Source: a virus
Lineage: Duplodnaviria; Caudoviricetes
IMG/VR virus record: IMGVR_UViG_3300020186_000025
Span: 1-61,630 of that record
Strand: one strand, 5' to 3'
Length of the DNA stretch: 61,630 nucleotides
Shown here piece by piece: positions 55,912 to 61,630 of this stretch. The translations under genes were made by a program, and so were the position numbers. Within the stretch, counting starts at the first letter, position 1, and the number at the start of each line of letters is the position of its first letter. The notes below the pieces were generated by a model. The model was given only the letters and a program-made list of their open reading frames with translations. It ran no database searches and was not told the origin of the DNA.

Positions 55912-56748
55912 TCAGGCTTTCGGCCGGGGACCACCCAAGGACGTCCCAGCAGCTTTTGCGAGACGACCAGCGAGGTCGGCATTGTCTTTGAAGACCTTAC
56001 CTTGCTCAGTGAGATTCCAGGTTTTCGCCGACCAAGGGTTCGCGCCGCTGAAACCGGTCCCGCCGTTTCCACCACGAGCACCGCCACCTTCGCTTTCGGG
56101 CCACCAATGAGGACGAAGCTTCTGCATGTCACGAAGCCAGCCATCAATACCGAGCCCAGGAGTGAGACCCTCAATCCCTGACTTGACGATCCACTTGCCC
56201 TCGTCGTTCTTTTCCAGCATCGTGGAGGCCGCGCCTTCGATGTCCGGAATCGCCGTTGCATGGGCTTTCACCTTGGTCGCCTCAAAACGAACAGAGTCGT
56301 TGCGATCACGAGTGATGATCGAGTTTTTCAGACCAGCGTTCTCCTGTGTAAGAGCATCACGCTCTTCACCGATCGTTTTGATCTGACGATCGAGAGGACC
56401 TGTCTTCTGTGCCAAACGGCCATCAACGATCTTGTTGATCGCACTGTCATCTAGCTTGCCACCAGCGGCGGCTTCCAGTTCACGAATGCGATCCAGCTGA
56501 GTGAGAGTTTCCTCAGCATTGAGTTCACCCCAAGGTTTCAGACGATCTTTCGTGACCTTGTGATCGTTGCGTTCCTTGCGAAGCGCCTCGGACACAGTGT
56601 CCACGTCTCTCTGGGTCTTCATTCCGGTGACACCTGTCATCGAAATCGAGCCATCTTCATTCCTCGTGAAGAGTTCGGAGAAGATAGTCTCGTTGCGGAA
56701 CGCTTCCGGCAGGGCGTCCTCGTTGTCATATCTCAATTCGATCGGCAT
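55912..56748 (-). CDS. Capsid scaffolding protein
   Basis: Coiled coil, PHWWP.S.GGG, NPWS..TWN.TEQG. Confidence 0.8.
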   Translation of the reverse strand: MPIELRYDNEDALPEAFRNETIFSELFTRNEDGSISMTGVTGMKTQRDVDTVSEALRKERNDHKVTKDRLKPWGELNAEETLTQLDRIRELEAAAGGKLDDSAINKIVDGRLAQKTGPLDRQIKTIGEERDALTQENAGLKNSIITRDRNDSVRFEATKVKAHATAIPDIEGAASTMLEKNDEGKWIVKSGIEGLTPGLGIDGWLRDMQKLRPHWWPESEGGGARGGNGGTGFSGANPWSAKTWNLTEQGKVFKDNADLAGRLAKAAGTSLGGPRPKA

Positions 56749-56771
56749 CGATCTTTCCTTTCAGCGTCACG

Positions 56772-58253
56772 CTAGTTGGTTTGGTCTTGTTGAGACGGTT
56801 TTCCAGTCTTGTTCTTTTGGTCACCGTTGCGATCACCAGAAGGGTCACGTTTCAAGACTGTCTTCTCCTCCTTTTCGATTGCACCCAATTCCTCTTCGAA
56901 GGTCAACTTCGTGAGTCCTCGGTCGAATGCTATCTGGTGGAGGCTGCGGGCGGAAATCGGGAAACCGAGGTTCCTGGCAGTCTGCTGTTCGACCATCGTC
57001 TGGCCGGTCAGTTCAGTGTTGCTGAATTCTTTGTTGGGCTCAATAGAAACTTCTGATGGATTCAAGCCCATCCATTCGGCGCAAATCTTGAGTATCGCTT
57101 CAAGACCTTTCGCTCCCGTATCAGCGACCTGATTGAGATCGGCTGTGCGAGCAGCAATACGAATACCAAGACTCTTGCCGCTTTCACGTTCACGACTGGT
57201 GCTATCAAGTGATTGAGCACCCATGGAGCCAGCATGTCCACGATCGTCTTTCAGTGCTTCTCGCTGTTCCGAAAGACCATTGGCAGTGACTCCAATGAAC
57301 TTGGCATCGCCTTGAGGATTGCTGATATCGATTCTTGCACCGGCACCAGTCCGAAGAGTCTCATCCTCTTCTTGTGTGCCACCAATCACGACTAGTGTCT
57401 CTTGACCTTGCATGAACAGGTTCTGACGATAGTCTGCCTCACCACGATAGATCGTCATGCAGAGTTCACCGAGGTCCAGCAAGGGTGGCTCATCAGGATC
57501 AGATACAAGATCACACGAGTTGACAATAACGAAAGGAATCTTCTCCAGGGTCTTCCCGAGAAGAGATGGAGCCTTCAACTGATCTGGGTTGAACTCGACA
57601 TCTTTGGTAAGAAAGACACCGACTTTGTATGCAGCAGTAGACTCGTTTTCATCGATATTGCCGATGACCAGCACACGATACTTCTCATCGATCTCCCATG
57701 TGAACGAGGTCAACCCTCTCTCATATTCGGATTCATCGAGAACAACGAGATTCATCACCTGCGGAACAAGTCCCTCAACTGTTCCGTCATCCCAATTGAT
57801 GATACGCTCTGTTGTATAGGTGGCGATGTAGGGAGTGTTCCCACCAGAAGTCGGCAGATCAGCAAGGAGACCGATACGACCAGAAATCAGCTGTTCAGTA
57901 TTGATGCGACGGAGCAGCTGAGGAAGGTCTTCTCCTTTTGACGAACGAATTTCCTCCATACCTTTCGGCAGGATGATCTTCGCTGGCTGGGAATGAAGCA
58001 TCCCAACGGCTGTCTGGACAGCCTCGCGGACGAAGTTCGGGAAACGAGATCTCTTCAGATAAGAATCGTAAGCCTTGTATCCAGCTTGTTGAGTGTTGGA
58101 CATTCCATCAGCAATTTGTCCGCTCGTCGCTGGAAGATAGGCTGTTCTCTTCGACTTGACTTGACGCTGACCACGATAAGCATCGCTCATCAAAATCCAG
58201 TCTTCAAGCATCGCAACATATTGAGGGTGCTTCGAAGAAATGTCCCGTGACAT
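56772..58253 (-). CDS. Portal protein (DUF4055 type)
   Basis: HP.Y....W..D.Y.G...VK, YLP, Y..Y..R, IINW, IPFV, PPLLDL, ADY. Confidence 0.9.
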   Translation of the reverse strand: MSRDISSKHPQYVAMLEDWILMSDAYRGQRQVKSKRTAYLPATSGQIADGMSNTQQAGYKAYDSYLKRSRFPNFVREAVQTAVGMLHSQPAKIILPKGMEEIRSSKGEDLPQLLRRINTEQLISGRIGLLADLPTSGGNTPYIATYTTERIINWDDGTVEGLVPQVMNLVVLDESEYERGLTSFTWEIDEKYRVLVIGNIDENESTAAYKVGVFLTKDVEFNPDQLKAPSLLGKTLEKIPFVIVNSCDLVSDPDEPPLLDLGELCMTIYRGEADYRQNLFMQGQETLVVIGGTQEEDETLRTGAGARIDISNPQGDAKFIGVTANGLSEQREALKDDRGHAGSMGAQSLDSTSRERESGKSLGIRIAARTADLNQVADTGAKGLEAILKICAEWMGLNPSEVSIEPNKEFSNTELTGQTMVEQQTARNLGFPISARSLHQIAFDRGLTKLTFEEELGAIEKEEKTVLKRDPSGDRNGDQKNKTGKPSQQDQTN

Positions 58254-58376
58254 ACGAGTCTCCATGGAATCGACGCAGTAGATTCCCCGCGTTTGAAATG
58301 CAGCATAGCCCCATCCGAGTAATCTGGCAAGGACTTTTATTCTCGTTACTTATGGAGGAATCTACTGAGTCGATTC

Positions 58377-59903
58377 CTAGTGCATTCCAGTCGTGGTCCC
58401 TTGACCAACCTTCATTCCAACGAAACGGACACGATATCTCGTTTCATCAGCAATGTGATCTTCTGTCCTTGTATCCACGTCATCAGGATCATCTTCATCT
58501 CTCGGAAGAACAGGAACAGTTCGTATCCATTGCTCACAGTTGTCAAAGATGAAGAGTCCTGGTTTCTCTCTTGGGCCATAGATAGGTTTCTCTTCAGCAT
58601 TCAAGCCCAAAATGGTGGGATGAGCGTTCCTGATCATCTGACGCATCTGCACCCAACCTGTATGACGCGATCCCGGACGCTTGTCAGCTTCTCCCCAATA
58701 GATTCCTTTGTAACGGACTCCATCTTCGAGTCTAACCTTGGTCTTCATGTCAACAGCAATGCAGTTTCCGTTCTCGGCAGCAAAAATCTGCGAGTCTGCA
58801 ACTCCACCCTTCACGCGGCAATACGATCCATCGCCACGAATACGATATCCCCACTTGATCTCTCTCTCGACCATCCCACGAGCGATGTCAGTCGCCAGCA
58901 TCTGCTTCCCTTCGTTGGACTTCCCTGTCCAACCATACCATTCGTGAATACGAAACAGATCTCCACGAACCGTAGATCGCCACTGACCGTTCTTCAACAG
59001 CACATCTTCTCCATTGCTCCTTGCCCACCAGCCAACAGAAAATGGACGTGATGAACCCCAGTCGAAACTCCGATCCATGGACCATCGATCTGGGATAACG
59101 AACGGACGAAGGACATTGAAAGCCGGGTCCCAGACATCGTCGAACATTCCACCAGCGACAATGTCCCACGACCCTTCGAGCCATGCTTTCCGCTCAGCAT
59201 CGTTGCGAGCAGCCGCTGCAATCTTGTTCACATAGTCAGGATCCTCTTTGAGAAGAACCAGGTTCTCTTCCAGACGGGAGAAGATTGACAAACGAGGTGG
59301 CTCAGGAATACCGCGTTCGTCCTTCAACTCCTTACGAACTTTCATGTTCATTGTAGAAGGCAGAAATCTCATTTTGACCCAGTTGTGACCGGGACCATAT
59401 GGGTTCGTCGTCGCACGAACCATCCGTGGCATACCAGGAGTTGAACTCCGACAGCACGAGAACATTCTCTTGTATCCAGTGTCGTCAGGCCAGTTGCAAA
59501 GTTCTTCCCAACCGATCCAGGGATATTCGTGACCGTGATAGTTCCAATAGTCGTCGTCCCGCTTGAATTGACGCAACAGAAGTTCTTCGCCAGAGAGCCA
59601 GACCCACTTATGCTCGCTTCCATTGAACTTGGCTCCAGGCCAAATCTGCGGAAACCACTTCTTTGTCTTGGTAATCACATCTGAAAGCTGTTTGTATGTC
59701 TGCCGGAACAAGACGCCCTTCCAACCGGCTCCAAATCCCTTACCGACGTGCATCCCGAACGACATCAGAAGGGAATCTGTCTTGCCACCGCCACGCGATC
59801 CTTGAAAGAGGACCTCAAAGATCGGAGTAGAAGAAAGAAACGCTTCCTGCGACCCTTTCTGGGGCTTCCAAATCACATTTTCTGGATATTGATCTAGAGG
59901 CAT
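58377..59903 (-). CDS. terL: Terminase large subunit
   Basis: GSRGGGKT Walker A, GWEEL Walker B, TTNPYG.GH.WVK, DWGS..P, EDH.ADE.RY. Confidence 0.93.
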   Translation of the reverse strand: MPLDQYPENVIWKPQKGSQEAFLSSTPIFEVLFQGSRGGGKTDSLLMSFGMHVGKGFGAGWKGVLFRQTYKQLSDVITKTKKWFPQIWPGAKFNGSEHKWVWLSGEELLLRQFKRDDDYWNYHGHEYPWIGWEELCNWPDDTGYKRMFSCCRSSTPGMPRMVRATTNPYGPGHNWVKMRFLPSTMNMKVRKELKDERGIPEPPRLSIFSRLEENLVLLKEDPDYVNKIAAAARNDAERKAWLEGSWDIVAGGMFDDVWDPAFNVLRPFVIPDRWSMDRSFDWGSSRPFSVGWWARSNGEDVLLKNGQWRSTVRGDLFRIHEWYGWTGKSNEGKQMLATDIARGMVEREIKWGYRIRGDGSYCRVKGGVADSQIFAAENGNCIAVDMKTKVRLEDGVRYKGIYWGEADKRPGSRHTGWVQMRQMIRNAHPTILGLNAEEKPIYGPREKPGLFIFDNCEQWIRTVPVLPRDEDDPDDVDTRTEDHIADETRYRVRFVGMKVGQGTTTGMH

Positions 59904-59906
59904 GTG

Positions 59907-60125
59907 CTATTGATCTCTCATGATATTAAGAATCGCGATATGGAGCAGCCAGAGAATGTCTTTTCGCTCCATGGAAGACGTCTTGAGCACGAAATCACCA
60001 TCTTGATCGTAACCAAGGACTATGATTTCAGTCATATCAAGTTCTTTTGACGTTTCGAGAGTCGATTCCACGGTCCTAAATCCGGGTCCTGGAAACTGTG
60101 TCTTTATGACTTCTGCTGGAGGCAT
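59907..60125 (-). CDS. Hypothetical protein
   Basis: Start MPPAEVI; V.V.GYD.DG motif. Confidence 0.6.
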   Translation of the reverse strand: MPPAEVIKTQFPGPGFRTVESTLETSKELDMTEIIVLGYDQDGDFVLKTSSMERKDILWLLHIAILNIMRDQ

Positions 60126-60296
60126 GTTATTGATCTCTTTGTGGAGGAATCTACTGCGTCGATTCCTTTCAGATTCACTTTTACTTTCATTTGAGCCTTC
60201 TTGCAAGTATGAAATTTTCTCGTCAGGCAGGAGGTATCTACTTCGTCGATACCTTGCAAGCACGAATTTTCTCTTCAGGCAGGTGGAAAGCTGGTA

Positions 60297-60575
60297 TTAT
60301 TTGAGAAAATACCAGCTTAGCCCAAAGGAGAGCACCATGACCTCGAAAAGTCCCTGAGGTAAATTCGCACTCAGTATGTCACCAGCTTTGAGCAGCATCG
60401 CTTTTCTGACCACTCCAGTAACCGGCTCGCTCGACAGACGAAGATATCTCACTCCGTCGTCCATCAACTCTGGCCCTGTGGAGATTCTGGTTGGCATCTT
60501 GAAAGACACCCATGCAAGCCGACATGCTTTCAGTTCTGATTCGGTGATTGGGATCGACGAAGTAGATCTCAACAT
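60297..60575 (-). CDS. Hypothetical protein
   Basis: AAAGGA RBS before ATG 60575. Confidence 0.5.
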   Translation of the reverse strand: MLRSTSSIPITESELKACRLAWVSFKMPTRISTGPELMDDGVRYLRLSSEPVTGVVRKAMLLKAGDILSANLPQGLFEVMVLSFGLSWYFLK

Positions 60576-60843
60576 TTTCTGTTCCTTTTTGAGGGAGGTA
60601 TCTACTTCGTCGACACCTGTAGTTTACCATCTAAACATTCCAGGAGCAATGGGCGAGTTTCCTGGGTCTGCTTGGGCTCCACAGTTGTCTGGAGTCTATC
60701 TCCTCGATTTCATCCTCGATTTCATCCTCGATTCTTATTCTTATGTTTATGATTGCACCATTTTGATTGATTGAGGGCGAGGGAGAGCGGCACGGGACCA
60801 CTCCTAGGGAGCACTCTGCCTCAAGCCGTGCGTGGGGGCGGGT

Positions 60844-61034
60844 GAATAGGGATTAGGAATAGGGATTAGGAATAGGGATTAGGAATAGGGATTAGGAATA
60901 GGGATTAGGAATAGGGATTAGGAATAGGGATTAGGAATAGGGATTAGGAATAGGGATTAGGAATAGGGATTAGGAATAGGGATTAGGAATAGGGATTAGG
61001 AATAGGGATTAGGAATAGGGATTAGGAATAGGGA
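60844..61034. repeat. 13-bp tandem repeat GAATAGGGATTAG x~14.7
   Basis: Exact period of 13. Confidence 0.97.
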
Positions 61035-61069
61035 GCCACTGGCCACTGGCACTGGCAGGCTGGCAGGCA

Positions 61070-61109
61070 GAAAATAGTTGTTTACATATGCACAAGTTAG
61101 GTGTAGGCT
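61070..61109 (+). promoter_or_regulatory. Early promoter TTTACA-N17-TAGGCT
   Basis: GAAAATAGTTGTTTACAT-TGCA-AAG shared with the promoter at 233-274. Confidence 0.75.
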
Positions 61110-61146
61110 AACGGTAGGGCAATACCGCCCACATAGGTTAATAAAC

Positions 61147-61446
61147 ATGCCACGCACCCCACCCGGGCCCATACACAACTGGCGCAGCACCTACACTGCT
61201 ATGCACATAGCACACCTGCAACAACAACGGGTTGTAGAAATGCTTGTGCAGGCGCTGTGCTGTGCAGTTGCTAACCGCCAGCACGCCACCACAATAGCAG
61301 CGCTAGAAAATTCTATTGCAGCGGCAGCCACTGTGGAAAATAGCATGTTGCTGGCATTGCCTGGCATTGCCCAGTTGTTGCCTACGCTGCAAACAATGCC
61401 CGGGCTAGGTGTGGCCAGCGGCAGTGCAATAGGCAATAGGCAATAG
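61147..61446 (+). CDS. Hypothetical early protein nearly devoid of TC/GA dinucleotides
   Basis: Follows a promoter; 99 aa with no Asp, no Phe, and Glu only as GAA. Confidence 0.5.
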   Translation: MPRTPPGPIHNWRSTYTAMHIAHLQQQRVVEMLVQALCCAVANRQHATTIAALENSIAAAATVENSMLLALPGIAQLLPTLQTMPGLGVASGSAIGNRQ

Positions 61447-61497
61447 GCAATAGGCAATAGGCCACACCTGGGCTAGCCCAGGTGTGGCCTATTGCCT
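61426..61497. repeat. GCAATAG x5 running into a 46-bp perfect palindrome (61452-61497)
   Basis: AGGCAATAGGCCACACCTGGGCT|AGCCCAGGTGTGGCCTATTGCCT. Confidence 0.95.
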
Positions 61498-61513
61498 TGC
61501 CATGCTAGCCCAG

Positions 61514-61630
61514 GTCTGTCAGTGTCTGTCAGTGTCTGTCGGCGTCAGTGTCTGTCGGCGTCAGTGTCTGTCGGCGTCAGTGTCTGTCGGCGTCAGTGTC
61601 TGTCGGCGTCAGTGTCTGTCGGCGTCAGTG
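61514..61630. repeat. 16-bp tandem repeat GTCAGTGTCTGTCGGC x6+, truncated by contig end
   Basis: Six full copies from 61528 plus partial copies. Confidence 0.97.

Noticed and set aside
60701-60733. TCCTCGATTTCA x2.7 short repeat
   Set aside because: Real but too short to assign a role
60844-61630. True telomeres or a linear hairpin-ended prophage
   Set aside because: No telomerase, protelomerase or partition genes seen; the resemblance to TTAGG is only noted
1-61630. tRNA, rRNA, reverse transcriptase/DGR or transposase genes
   Set aside because: None recognised by eye; tRNAscan and HMM searches were not run

Overview
Near-complete (probably lytic) genome of a long-tailed dsDNA phage, with YuA/phiJL001/RDJL-like organisation (Mesyanzhinovviridae-like; inferred from gene order and motifs, no database search). 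The likely host is an alphaproteobacterium, judged from the RcGTA-type tail-tip genes g12-g15 and a DUF2793 fibre. Both contig ends break inside tandem repeats. Layout: a short plus-strand early cassette (0.25-2.3 kb), then terS, many small minus-strand accessory genes behind a conserved TTGTCATTTGC promoter, replication genes (ligase, primase-helicase, PolA, NrdJ, RecD-like and SNF2 helicases, SSB), a nucleotide/DNA modification operon (16.6-27.9 kb), and the virion module (35.4-59.9 kb). The best candidate for a new system is a thymidine (5-hmdU) hypermodification pathway. It has a dUMP hydroxymethylase, GT-B glycosyltransferase, radical SAM/SPASM enzyme, FkbM methyltransferase and an aGPT-Pplase1-type helical protein, but no recognisable P-loop hmdU DNA kinase, amino-acid:DNA transferase or PLP enzyme. 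A matching sequence footprint accompanies it: TC/GA dinucleotides, abundant elsewhere, are almost absent from the genome-end region, from promoters and from discrete ~140-bp islands inside genes. Other notable items: a paralogous pair of putative DNA-binding proteins, repeated intergenic hairpin-RBS cassettes, two homologous ori-like loci half a genome apart, six 21-bp quasi-palindromes around terL, a 46-bp perfect palindrome, and no recognisable endolysin. All product calls come from motif recognition by eye.
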